From positions 1 through 29,824 of IMG/VR virus record IMGVR_UViG_3300030329_001380: 29,824 bases of DNA. One strand, written 5' to 3'. The stretch comes from a virus. Its lineage: Duplodnaviria > Caudoviricetes. Position 1 is the stretch's first letter. Every line of letters starts with the position of its first letter. Positions 1 through 7,855 of this stretch are shown here, one piece after another. The notes under the pieces were generated by a model. The model was given only the letters and a program-made list of their open reading frames with translations. It did no database searches and was not told where the DNA came from. The position numbers and the translations under genes were made by a program.

Positions 1-972
1 GCTGATAGATTAACTGAAGCAGAAATAATAAGTCAATTTGGTGCAGCAGTATTAGTAGATGGTGGTGGTATTAATTGCAGACATAAATGGGAGATAGCAA
101 GTGAAGAAGGCACTAAATTCCATGAAGGCAAACAAGCACAGCAAGTAATACAGAACAAAATAGTTGCTCCTAAACCTAAAATACCAAAAGGATTTAATGT
201 CAAATATTCAGGTAGTGAAGCATCATTAAAGAAATCATTTAATGATAAAATAGATGATTTTTCTAAAGGTAAGACAGTTACATTGTATCATGGTTCAAAT
301 AGAAAATTTGATAAATTTAGAATTGCAAAGTCAAGGTCAGATGCAAATGCACAATTTCAAGGTGATGGAATATTTTTCACAACAGATAGAATGGTAGCAG
401 CAAAATATGCAACTGCATCAAGAAATGCAAATTTTGAATTTGGTATAATTAAAGAATTAAAAAGAAAAAATAAGAATGTAGGAGAAATAGCAGAAAGATT
501 GTATTACAAGGGAGATTCTATATGGCAAGATAAAGATACTTTAAGATTGGTAAATTTAGTTGAAGATAGTGGTGTAGATGCTAATGATATTGCAGATTTA
601 GTTGAATGGATAGCAGGTTCAAAAACAGAAATGTCAGGTGGAGGAGGAACTGCAATGACAATGTTTAGCAATTCTACATTATCTGTTCCAAATCATATAG
701 TAGAAATAGCAAGAAAATTTGGTGTTAAAAAAAATCTTTTAGAACCTACTATATATGAAGTAAAAGTAACTGGTAAAAATATATTGGTTACATCATCACA
801 ACAAAAAGCCAAATCTGCATTTAACAATGGATATGATGCTGTAATATATACAGGAAGTGGAACTGTTGATGATGTTGCTGAAATTATAATATATAATGAA
901 GATAATGTTAGTATATTAAACAAATCAATAATAGAGAGAGTTACAGTTGAAGAAGGTTGGGATGGTTTATAA
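1..972 (+). CDS. MuF/SPP1 gp7-like minor head protein with C-terminal ADP-ribosyltransferase-like domain (5' truncated by window)
   Basis: Frame 1 is open from base 1 (ADRLTEAEIISQFGAAVLVDGGGINCRHKW...), so the ORF-track start at 283 is internal. GGxNCRH at 61-84 is the typical end of MuF/minor-capsid domains. It is followed by LYHGS...GDGIFFT...AKYA...GYDAVIY...EIIIY, an H-Y-E (PARP/ART-PolyVal-like) pattern. Position after portal and before scaffold fits. Confidence 0.75.
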   Translation, partial: ADRLTEAEIISQFGAAVLVDGGGINCRHKWEIASEEGTKFHEGKQAQQVIQNKIVAPKPKIPKGFNVKYSGSEASLKKSFNDKIDDFSKGKTVTLYHGSNRKFDKFRIAKSRSDANAQFQGDGIFFTTDRMVAAKYATASRNANFEFGIIKELKRKNKNVGEIAERLYYKGDSIWQDKDTLRLVNLVEDSGVDANDIADLVEWIAGSKTEMSGGGGTAMTMFSNSTLSVPNHIVEIARKFGVKKNLLEPTIYEVKVTGKNILVTSSQQKAKSAFNNGYDAVIYTGSGTVDDVAEIIIYNEDNVSILNKSIIERVTVEEGWDGL

Positions 973-975
973 ATA

Positions 976-1128
976 ATGCTTGATGCTAAATTCTTTTTAA
1001 AAGTAGGTCCTAATGTTAGAGATTTATATAGAAAGCATATATTTACTGATGGAAAACATGACCACACAGAACCATTTAAAGGTGATAAAGGTATTAGATA
1101 TGAAGAAATAGAGGACACAGATGCTTAA
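976..1128 (+). CDS. 50-aa ORF, truncated paralog of the N-terminus of the next gene
   Basis: Translated by hand: MLDAKFFLKVGPNVRDLYRKHIFTDGKHDHTEPFKGDKGIRYEEIEDTDA*. Aligns with MLKNPDTFFRRLGANVRDRYRKHIFQDARDVFGKPFKG of 1121..1627. Confidence 0.6.
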   Translation: MLDAKFFLKVGPNVRDLYRKHIFTDGKHDHTEPFKGDKGIRYEEIEDTDA

Positions 1129-1627
1129 AAATCCTGATACATTTTTTAGAAGATTAGGTGCTAATGTAAGAGATAGATATAGAAAACATATCTTCCAAGA
1201 TGCTAGAGATGTATTTGGTAAACCATTTAAAGGGTATTCTACTTATGGTTCAAAATGGGTTACCATGAATGTTAAAAAATCTTTTAAAAAATCAGCACCT
1301 AAAGCAGGTTATTCATATAGTCAAGCAAAAAAAGGAAAAATGTTTCCAAGACAGGCAGACAAATATGCTAATAGCAAAGCACCTGTATTAACATCTGACT
1401 TATTAAGAGATTTTTCATTAGTAAGAACATCAGCAGGTGGCTTTGAAATAGGTTGGGTAACTCATGGTGCAAAGATTAAATGGTTAAAGAAAAGAGGTAG
1501 AGTGCTAACAGATTCTAAACAAGCATTTCCAAAAGGTATAGTTGAATACATGAGTAAAGAATTAACAAAACAATACAAAAAAGAAAACCCAAATAAAACT
1601 ACAATACATAACTTGGGTAAAAAATAA
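1121..1627 (+). CDS. Basic virion morphogenesis/neck-completion-like protein
   Basis: GAGGA RBS at 1111-1115. Lys/Arg-rich; the PVLTSDLLRDFS...FEIGW segment resembles the L-x-TG-x-L-x-x-S motif of Mu gpG/HK97 gp10-like proteins; lies in the head module. Confidence 0.45.
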   Translation: MLKNPDTFFRRLGANVRDRYRKHIFQDARDVFGKPFKGYSTYGSKWVTMNVKKSFKKSAPKAGYSYSQAKKGKMFPRQADKYANSKAPVLTSDLLRDFSLVRTSAGGFEIGWVTHGAKIKWLKKRGRVLTDSKQAFPKGIVEYMSKELTKQYKKENPNKTTIHNLGKK

Positions 1628-1629
1628 AT

Positions 1630-1666
1630 GTATTATTTTAATAAAAACAAATTATATTACACAAAA
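1630..1666 (+). promoter_or_regulatory. Putative promoter (TATATT -10-like box)
   Basis: AT-rich intergenic gap with TTATATTACACAAAA (1652-1666); near-identical TTATATTATACACAAAA at 8766-8782. Confidence 0.45.
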
Positions 1667-1701
1667 GATTTCTTAAACAATACTGACAAAACAGGAGATA
1701 A

Positions 1702-2277
1702 ATGATGGAAAAGGAAAGCACTCAAACTAACAATGAACAAACATTGTCAACAAATGACAGCACAGAAGCTGTTGATAAAAATGTACCTTATGATAGATTC
1801 TCTGAAGTAAATACTCAAAAGAATGATGCTTTAAAGCAAGTAGAATCTTTACAGGCTCAATTAGATAAAATGAATCAGGCAAATAAAACCAAGCAAGAAG
1901 AAGAACTTGCTAAACAAGGTGAATATAAACAGTTGCTTGATAATACTAAAAAAGAGTTAGAAGGATTTAAAACTAAAGCAGAACAATGGGATTCATATCA
2001 AACAAATAGAAGAACATCTTTAATGGAAAAATTGACAGATGATTCTGATAAAGATATAGCAGAAGGTTTGAGTTTAGATAAACTGGAAAAATATGTAGAT
2101 AAGGTTGTAGTTAAAAATGCTCCTTCAACTTCACAAGCTAGAGCAGGAAGTGCTAAAGCAGGTGATTTTGGTGGCTATGGTTCATATACAGAATGGGCAA
2201 CTAAAGACCCAAAAGGATATGAAGAAGCAAAGAAAACTTCTACTAATACAGGAATAACAATAGGTTGGAGTGACTAA
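1702..2277 (+). CDS. Capsid scaffolding protein
   Basis: ACAGGAG RBS; low-complexity acidic N-terminus, VPYDRFxEVN motif, long coiled coil; lies upstream of the major capsid gene. Confidence 0.75.
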   Translation: MMEKESTQTNNEQTLSTNDSTEAVDKNVPYDRFSEVNTQKNDALKQVESLQAQLDKMNQANKTKQEEELAKQGEYKQLLDNTKKELEGFKTKAEQWDSYQTNRRTSLMEKLTDDSDKDIAEGLSLDKLEKYVDKVVVKNAPSTSQARAGSAKAGDFGGYGSYTEWATKDPKGYEEAKKTSTNTGITIGWSD

Positions 2278-2518
2278 AAAACATTCAAAAATATTAGGTG
2301 TTGATTATGACCCAACTAATGATATGAAGTTGAAGCCTAAAGAAGATGGTGATGTTGATGTTGATTATAAAGGTGGAAAGATGACATTTGATGAATATAT
2401 TGATGAAATGGAATCTAGGACTACAAGGCATCAAGATGGAAAATCACTTACAACAAGTTCTTTGGGAGTATTTGCAGGGTTTGGTAAAGGAACATTAAAA
2501 AGACCTTATAAAGAATAA
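2270..2518 (+). CDS. Hypothetical protein (head module)
   Basis: GTG start overlapping the scaffold stop; 82 aa with phage-typical codon usage. Confidence 0.55.
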   Translation: MTKKHSKILGVDYDPTNDMKLKPKEDGDVDVDYKGGKMTFDEYIDEMESRTTRHQDGKSLTTSSLGVFAGFGKGTLKRPYKE

Positions 2519-2583
2519 TTAAACACTTTGAAAATGAAGGCTTTAAAGCAGTTGAAACAAAGTAAAATATATGAGGAAGTATT

Positions 2584-3504
2584 ATGGCAGATGCAGTAAG
2601 TGATACAGGTGCTAGTAGAGTAAAAGGTGGTTTAGGATTAATAGTAGGTGATGCAGTAGTAGCATTTAACAAATCAAATGTTATGCTACCATTAGTAACA
2701 TCTAAACAAGCAGTAAAAGGTGCAATCACAGTACAATTTGTAGATTATACAAAAATAGGTGCAAGTGATGTTGGTGCAGCAACAGATGGTAATGATTACA
2801 CAACAATGACATCTATTGATACTGCTGCAAGACAATGCACAGTTAGTGAGCATGTTATAAGAACAGATGTATCTGATTTAGCAGCAATGGGTAGTGCTGA
2901 AGATTATACAGGAAATGTTGGACAGGTTCTAGGTAATGCAGTAGCAGCTAAATTAGATGATGATTTAGTAGAGCTTGGAAAAGGTTTCTCACAAACAGAA
3001 TGTGGTGCTGGAAGCACTTTAGCATTATCACATTTGTTTGGTTCAATGAGGCAGTTAAGAGCAGCAGGTGGTCCATTCCCTTATAATTTGGTATTATCAC
3101 CAAAGCAGGTTTGGGGTTCTAAAGGCTTAATTGCTTTAACTAATAATACTGCTTTAGATACAGCAGGTTCATCTACAACTGATACTGCAACAGCAAGACC
3201 ACTTGGATTATTAGGTAATCAAGGTCAAGAAGCATTAAGTACAGGCTTTATTGGTTCAATAGCAGGTTTTGATTGTTATTGGTCAGACCAAATTGATGAA
3301 GATGTATCTTCAGGTGGTGATGCAGCAGGATTTGCATTTAGTAAAGGTGCAATAGGTTGTGCTGTTGGTCCACAAGGATTGATAAGAATAGAAACAGAAA
3401 GAAATGCTTCACACAGAACAACTGAATATGTTGCAACAGGGTTTTGGGGTGAGGTAGAAATACATGATGGATTTGGTGTATATATTCTATCTGATGTATC
3501 TTAA
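2584..3504 (+). CDS. Major capsid protein (HK97 fold)
   Basis: 306 aa, Ala/Gly-rich; GxAVAAKLDDDL spine-helix pattern and C-terminal RIETER...YVATGFWGEVEI strand pattern; follows scaffold, precedes a strong hairpin; GAGGA RBS. Confidence 0.85.
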   Translation: MADAVSDTGASRVKGGLGLIVGDAVVAFNKSNVMLPLVTSKQAVKGAITVQFVDYTKIGASDVGAATDGNDYTTMTSIDTAARQCTVSEHVIRTDVSDLAAMGSAEDYTGNVGQVLGNAVAAKLDDDLVELGKGFSQTECGAGSTLALSHLFGSMRQLRAAGGPFPYNLVLSPKQVWGSKGLIALTNNTALDTAGSSTTDTATARPLGLLGNQGQEALSTGFIGSIAGFDCYWSDQIDEDVSSGGDAAGFAFSKGAIGCAVGPQGLIRIETERNASHRTTEYVATGFWGEVEIHDGFGVYILSDVS

Positions 3505-3521
3505 TTAATAATAAGCAATGC

Positions 3522-3554
3522 AATAAGGGTGTAGGCAACTGCACCCTTATTATA
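3522..3554 (+). terminator. Stem-loop after capsid gene (terminator/stabiliser)
   Basis: AATAAGGGTGTAG-GCAA-CTGCACCCTTATT: 13-bp stem with one G-U pair and a GNRA loop; only a weak U-tail. Confidence 0.65.
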
Positions 3555-3566
3555 ACTGGAGAATAA

Positions 3567-3737
3567 ATGGAAAGATTTTTTAAAAAAGCAAGTGGTACAA
3601 TAATTAAAGTTCATAAGCATCATGACATAGAAAGTTTAAAAGCTAGATTTACTGAATGTGATGCACATGGAAAAGAGTTGGTAGTAGAAAAATCAAAGCC
3701 AAAAAAGAAGGCTGATAAAAAGAAGGCAGGTAAATAA
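3567..3737 (+). CDS. Small basic hypothetical protein (56 aa)
   Basis: Not in ORF track. GGAG RBS then MERFFKKASGTIIKVHKHHDIESLKARFTECDAHGKELVVEKSKPKKKADKKKAGK*; stop overlaps next ATG (TAATG). Confidence 0.65.
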   Translation: MERFFKKASGTIIKVHKHHDIESLKARFTECDAHGKELVVEKSKPKKKADKKKAGK

Positions 3738-3946
3738 TGGCAATAGTAGCAAAAAGTTTTATACATAATGATAATAAATTAGTTGGTGCTTCAGGTGATG
3801 CAGATGGCATTTTACCTGAAGATGTACAAGATTGGATTACTGCAAATGGTGGTACTGTTGATGGCACTTCTAATTTAAATGTAACTTGCTGTCCTTATGG
3901 CAATAACCAAATATTTACTCTTATTGTTATTGACAATAATGCTTAA
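3737..3946 (+). CDS. Hypothetical small protein (possible virion component)
   Basis: Translationally coupled to upstream ORF; 69 aa. Confidence 0.55.
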   Translation: MAIVAKSFIHNDNKLVGASGDADGILPEDVQDWITANGGTVDGTSNLNVTCCPYGNNQIFTLIVIDNNA

Positions 3947-3954
3947 TATTAATT

Positions 3955-4365
3955 ATGAACTATTTAATAGAACAAATTAAACAGCATGAAGGCTTTAGAG
4001 ATAAAGTATATAAATGCAAATTAGGATATGATACTATTGGCTATGGTTTTGCTATAAAGGATTTAGTATTAGATAAAGATATAGCAGAGCAAATACTAAT
4101 GAGAAAAGTATATGAGTTAGTTTGCAGAATACAAAATAAGTTTGATTGGTTTGATAAGCTACCACAAGAAGCACAAGATGTAGTAGCTAACATGTGTTAT
4201 CAATTAGGTGTTACAGGCTTTTCAAAGTTTAAAAAAACAATAGCATTATTAAAGGCACATAAGTTTAAAAAAGCAAGTGTTGAAATGCTAGATAGTAAAT
4301 GGGCTTTGCAAACTCCTAATAGAGCAGAAGAATTAAGCCACATATTAAGGAATTTAGGTGAATAA
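3955..4365 (+). CDS. Endolysin, GH24 (T4-type) lysozyme
   Basis: HEG...YKC...GYDTIGYG gives an E-x8-C-x5-T catalytic triad; also NMCYQLG, EMLDSKWAxQTPNRA. Confidence 0.92.
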   Translation: MNYLIEQIKQHEGFRDKVYKCKLGYDTIGYGFAIKDLVLDKDIAEQILMRKVYELVCRIQNKFDWFDKLPQEAQDVVANMCYQLGVTGFSKFKKTIALLKAHKFKKASVEMLDSKWALQTPNRAEELSHILRNLGE

Positions 4366-4555
4366 AAAGGTTGATGAATATAGAGATAGTGTAATTACAC
4401 ATCTTGAGTATTTGAGGGAAAAAATAGATAAGGTGGAAAAGCATTTAGATAGGTTAAATGGCAGAGTGAGAACCAATGAAAGAAATATATACTGGATATT
4501 TGGTTTAGGTGTTGGCATTACTTCCTTACTATCAACTTTTATTTATCTTAAATAG
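4358..4555 (+). CDS. Small membrane protein, XhlA/holin-like (coiled coil plus C-terminal TM helix)
   Basis: IDKVEKHLDRLNGRVRTNE coiled coil followed by hydrophobic WIFGLGVGITSLLSTFIYL; overlaps endolysin stop. Confidence 0.55.
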   Translation: MNKKVDEYRDSVITHLEYLREKIDKVEKHLDRLNGRVRTNERNIYWIFGLGVGITSLLSTFIYLK

Positions 4556-5740
4556 ATGTATTGTCCAACATGTTATTCAGGCAATTTAATTAAATGTGGT
4601 TGGGATAGTGGTAAGCAAAGGTATCAATGCAAAAAATGCAAACATAAAAGTGCTTTTCCTATTGAAGATATTGGGCTAATAAAAGAGAATGTAAAGTTAG
4701 CAAAGCAGAAACAGAACTACCAAGATTTAAATAGGATAGAAAGAAAAGCATTTAGAGAGCATGTAAGAGTTGAAAATGCTGTTGCAAGATACTCTGAAAA
4801 GTTGTTAAAGATTTTTGAAAGATATAAATTAAGTGAACTTACAATAAAGCATAAAGAAGATTCAAGTGCAGTAGGTGTAATACAATTTAGTGATGTGCAT
4901 TTTAATGAACTTGTTAATCTTGAACACAATAAATATGATTTTAGTATTGCTTCAGCTAGATGCAAACACTTTGTAACTAAAGCAATTAAATATTTTAAGG
5001 CTTTTGGAATAACAAATGTTCTTATGGTGCAATCAGGAGATTTACTTAATTCAGATAGAAGGTTAGATGAACTTTTATCTATGGCTACAAATAGAGCAAA
5101 GGCTACATTTCTAGCAGTTGATATTATGCAACAGGTAATACTTCACTTAAATAAAGAATTTAATGTATCTGTTTGTATGGTAACAGGAAATGAAAGCAGA
5201 GTTAAAAAAGATTGGGGTTGGTCACCCATGATAGCATCAGACAATTATGACTATACTATATTTCAAACATTAAGATACATTTTTAAAGATTCAACTATAA
5301 ATTTTATAGATGGTGACCCTACTGAAGTTGTAGTAGAAGTTGCAGGACAAAATTTATTAGTGTTACATGGCAATGGTGCAATTAAAAGAACAGGTATAGA
5401 ATCATCTATTAATCAAATGATTGGTAGATACAAGATGAGAGGTACAAAAATAGATTATGTTATATTTGGACATGTACATTCAGCAAGAGTTGGTGATAAT
5501 TATTCAAGGAGTAGTAGCATGGTAGGTGCAAATGATTATAGTGAAAAGGCATTAAATCTAGCAGGTAGAGCATCACAGAATTGCTATATATTTTATAAGA
5601 ATGGCAATAGAGATGGGATTAAAATTGATTTACAAAACTATACAACTGGTTATGATATTGACAAATCACTTGAATCCTATAATGCTAAGTCAAGTGATAA
5701 GATTAATAATGGAACAACTATATTTAAGGTAGTAGTATGA
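4556..5740 (+). CDS. Calcineurin-like metallophosphoesterase with N-terminal Zn ribbon
   Basis: Motifs SDVH, GDLLN, GNE (usually GNH), LHG, GHVH; N-terminal CxxC...CxxC ribbon followed by a coiled coil. Confidence 0.8.
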   Translation: MYCPTCYSGNLIKCGWDSGKQRYQCKKCKHKSAFPIEDIGLIKENVKLAKQKQNYQDLNRIERKAFREHVRVENAVARYSEKLLKIFERYKLSELTIKHKEDSSAVGVIQFSDVHFNELVNLEHNKYDFSIASARCKHFVTKAIKYFKAFGITNVLMVQSGDLLNSDRRLDELLSMATNRAKATFLAVDIMQQVILHLNKEFNVSVCMVTGNESRVKKDWGWSPMIASDNYDYTIFQTLRYIFKDSTINFIDGDPTEVVVEVAGQNLLVLHGNGAIKRTGIESSINQMIGRYKMRGTKIDYVIFGHVHSARVGDNYSRSSSMVGANDYSEKALNLAGRASQNCYIFYKNGNRDGIKIDLQNYTTGYDIDKSLESYNAKSSDKINNGTTIFKVVV

Positions 5741-6438
5741 AAATTGGTGATAAATTACTGAAATTAGGCTATATTAATAAAAAGCAATTAACAAGTGCCT
5801 TAAAGAAACAATCTAAAGAAAAAATACTATATAATAAAGATTTACAGCTAGGTAAGATTTTATTAGATAAAGAATTTTTAAGTTTAGATGAATTAACAGA
5901 AGCATTGAGTACAACTATTGAAGAAGAAGTTAAAGAAGTTAAACAGGAGGTGGCTATGCCAACAGAAATAGGTGAGGGAAGCAAGTTTACATTTGATTTA
6001 AAGTTTATAATAACTATTGGTGCTGTATTAGTATCAGGTGCAGGTATTTATTTTACTATGGAAAATAGTATTAATGATTTAAAGTCAGCAGATAGTCCTA
6101 GTAGATTAGAATACAATGTTTTATTAAATGAAATAACAAGTATTAAGAATGCAGGTAATTTAGATGTTATTACATATAAGTTAGAAGAATATGATGATAC
6201 ATTTAAAGAATTAAAATCTTTATCATCTACATTAACACCTTTAGCATCTGATTTAGATTACTTAAAAAAAGAAATAAATAATTTAAAGAATAAAGAAATT
6301 GAAATACCTGTTGTAGATTTATCTAGTTTAGAAAATAAAATACTAGAGTTATCCACAACTGTTAATAACATGTCAACAACTATAAATGAATACAAAGATA
6401 AAGTAGATAAACTAGAGAAAGTGGAGGGCAGATTTTAA
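5737..6438 (+). CDS. Membrane protein: N-terminal MshEN-like motif, single TM helix, C-terminal coiled coil; probable second start at 5956
   Basis: KIGxxLLxxGYIxxxxLxxxLxxQ matches the 24-residue MshEN consensus, with a degenerate second copy. TM helix FIITIGAVLVSGAGIYF; heptad-rich C-terminus; AGGAGGT at 5945-5951 before in-frame ATG 5956. Confidence 0.7.
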   Translation: MKIGDKLLKLGYINKKQLTSALKKQSKEKILYNKDLQLGKILLDKEFLSLDELTEALSTTIEEEVKEVKQEVAMPTEIGEGSKFTFDLKFIITIGAVLVSGAGIYFTMENSINDLKSADSPSRLEYNVLLNEITSIKNAGNLDVITYKLEEYDDTFKELKSLSSTLTPLASDLDYLKKEINNLKNKEIEIPVVDLSSLENKILELSTTVNNMSTTINEYKDKVDKLEKVEGRF

Positions 6439-7530
6439 ATGAAGGACTTTATAAATGAACAAGCATCAAAAAGAGGATTGGTTGGAATTATTTGCCTTAT
6501 GGTTGGATATGGCAGTTTTATTTATGGTGGCTTTATTAGTAATTCAACTTTGTATTTTGGGTTACAATCTAATACAGCTATTGTTGAAGGATATGATGAT
6601 AATTTAGATAATGATTTTAGATACAATATAGGATTAAGGAAGATTGCATTATTTCCTTATCAAGATAGAAGTGATTTTTATAAAGGTGATGAAAATGAAT
6701 TAAGTGATAATGCAATACTAGGTGCTGTTAATAATTGGGAATATCTATTTAATTTTAGCAGTTCTAGGAATCAAGGAATAGAATTTATTGACCAAGAATA
6801 TTGGTTAAAGTGGAGCAATAATTGGTTTGTAACAAAAGCCAAATATATTAATAAAGAAAGTAGAGATTTAGAGTTTTTTGATTTTGATACTAGGTTTAGA
6901 TTAAACCTAAATAAAGTTAATTTTACAGTAGGTGGTGCTATTAAAATGCACCCTACTTATGGTCACCCACCAATAGAAGATTATTTTGGAACATGGTGGG
7001 AGTTGGCTTATGAATATGGATATACAGATTTCATGATACCCTTGCATGATTTAAATGATAATGGCATTATAGATGATTACTATGTATGGATAGAAACAGA
7101 CCCTGTAACAGAAGAAGGTTACTGGATTTATTACTATGAAGGAATTAATTATTATTGGGAGAATCCTGATGGACAATATGTAGCAGGAAGTGATGAAGAA
7201 TTTTACCAATATCATTATCCACATGTAGTACACATGTACAATGAAGATAATAAAATAGAAGAATGGCAGGGTGAAGCTGCAATAGTTGTAGGTATTGATG
7301 TATTACTTGGGAATGAAAATTATTATTCTCATATTTGGATTAATGCTTTTCCTGAAACTGTTGGTTTGACAGATAAGGCATATACAGGAAATGACATGCA
7401 ATATGATTTGGGAGCATTGATTGGTGCAAAATTATCAAATCATGTTGGGGTGTTCTTGGAGGGTAGTTACCTAAACTATTATGGAAAAAATGAATACACA
7501 TTAGAAACAGGTATTAATTATAAATTCTAA
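6439..7530 (+). CDS. Putative outer-membrane beta-barrel protein
   Basis: Hydrophobic N-terminal signal-like stretch; many alternating aromatic beta-strands; ends YTLETGINYKF (beta-signal with terminal Phe); acidic/aromatic loop with DLNDNGIID. Confidence 0.7.
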   Translation: MKDFINEQASKRGLVGIICLMVGYGSFIYGGFISNSTLYFGLQSNTAIVEGYDDNLDNDFRYNIGLRKIALFPYQDRSDFYKGDENELSDNAILGAVNNWEYLFNFSSSRNQGIEFIDQEYWLKWSNNWFVTKAKYINKESRDLEFFDFDTRFRLNLNKVNFTVGGAIKMHPTYGHPPIEDYFGTWWELAYEYGYTDFMIPLHDLNDNGIIDDYYVWIETDPVTEEGYWIYYYEGINYYWENPDGQYVAGSDEEFYQYHYPHVVHMYNEDNKIEEWQGEAAIVVGIDVLLGNENYYSHIWINAFPETVGLTDKAYTGNDMQYDLGALIGAKLSNHVGVFLEGSYLNYYGKNEYTLETGINYKF

Positions 7531-7721
7531 TGGCTGTTGATAAGGACATATTAAAGTTAAAAAAAGAAATTAAAGAACTCAAAAAAGATTTACAATCTAT
7601 AAAGAAAGAGTTTCAGATTGTAAGTGTGAGTAATCAAGAAATGAAAGCATTTTTTGAGAATATATATGAAATTACAACAATAATCAATGAGGAGAATGAC
7701 AATGACAGAATGGCTAATTAA
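7530..7721 (+). CDS. Small coiled-coil hypothetical protein
   Basis: Coupled TAATG start; heptad pattern. Confidence 0.55.
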   Translation: MAVDKDILKLKKEIKELKKDLQSIKKEFQIVSVSNQEMKAFFENIYEITTIINEENDNDRMAN

Positions 7722-7854
7722 TAACTGGGAATATGCTTTAGTGGGTTTTTATGCACTAGAAAAAATAGTTTTATTATCACCTACTAAATATGATGATATG
7801 CTATGGAGCATGTTTGTTAAACCTATGTTTAATAAGTTATCAGGAAAGAAGTAG
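7702..7854 (+). CDS. Small membrane protein, holin-like (50 aa)
   Basis: Not in ORF track. GAGGAG RBS at 7689-7694; MTEWLINNWEYALVGFYALEKIVLLSPTKYDDMLWSMFVKPMFNKLSGKK* is amphipathic/hydrophobic with a PTKxDD turn and basic tail. Confidence 0.6.
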   Translation: MTEWLINNWEYALVGFYALEKIVLLSPTKYDDMLWSMFVKPMFNKLSGKK

Positions 7855-7855
7855 A

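Noticed and set aside
4556-4650. IS1 InsA/transposase-like Zn ribbon (CPTC...KQRYQCKKC)
   Set aside because: Fused in frame to a phosphoesterase; no DDE domain, terminal inverted repeats or target duplication, so not a mobile element.
7790-7855. ORF-track start at 7790
   Set aside because: Overlaps a better-supported 50-aa ORF (7702-7854) that has a strong RBS; TTG 7856 is the more plausible start.
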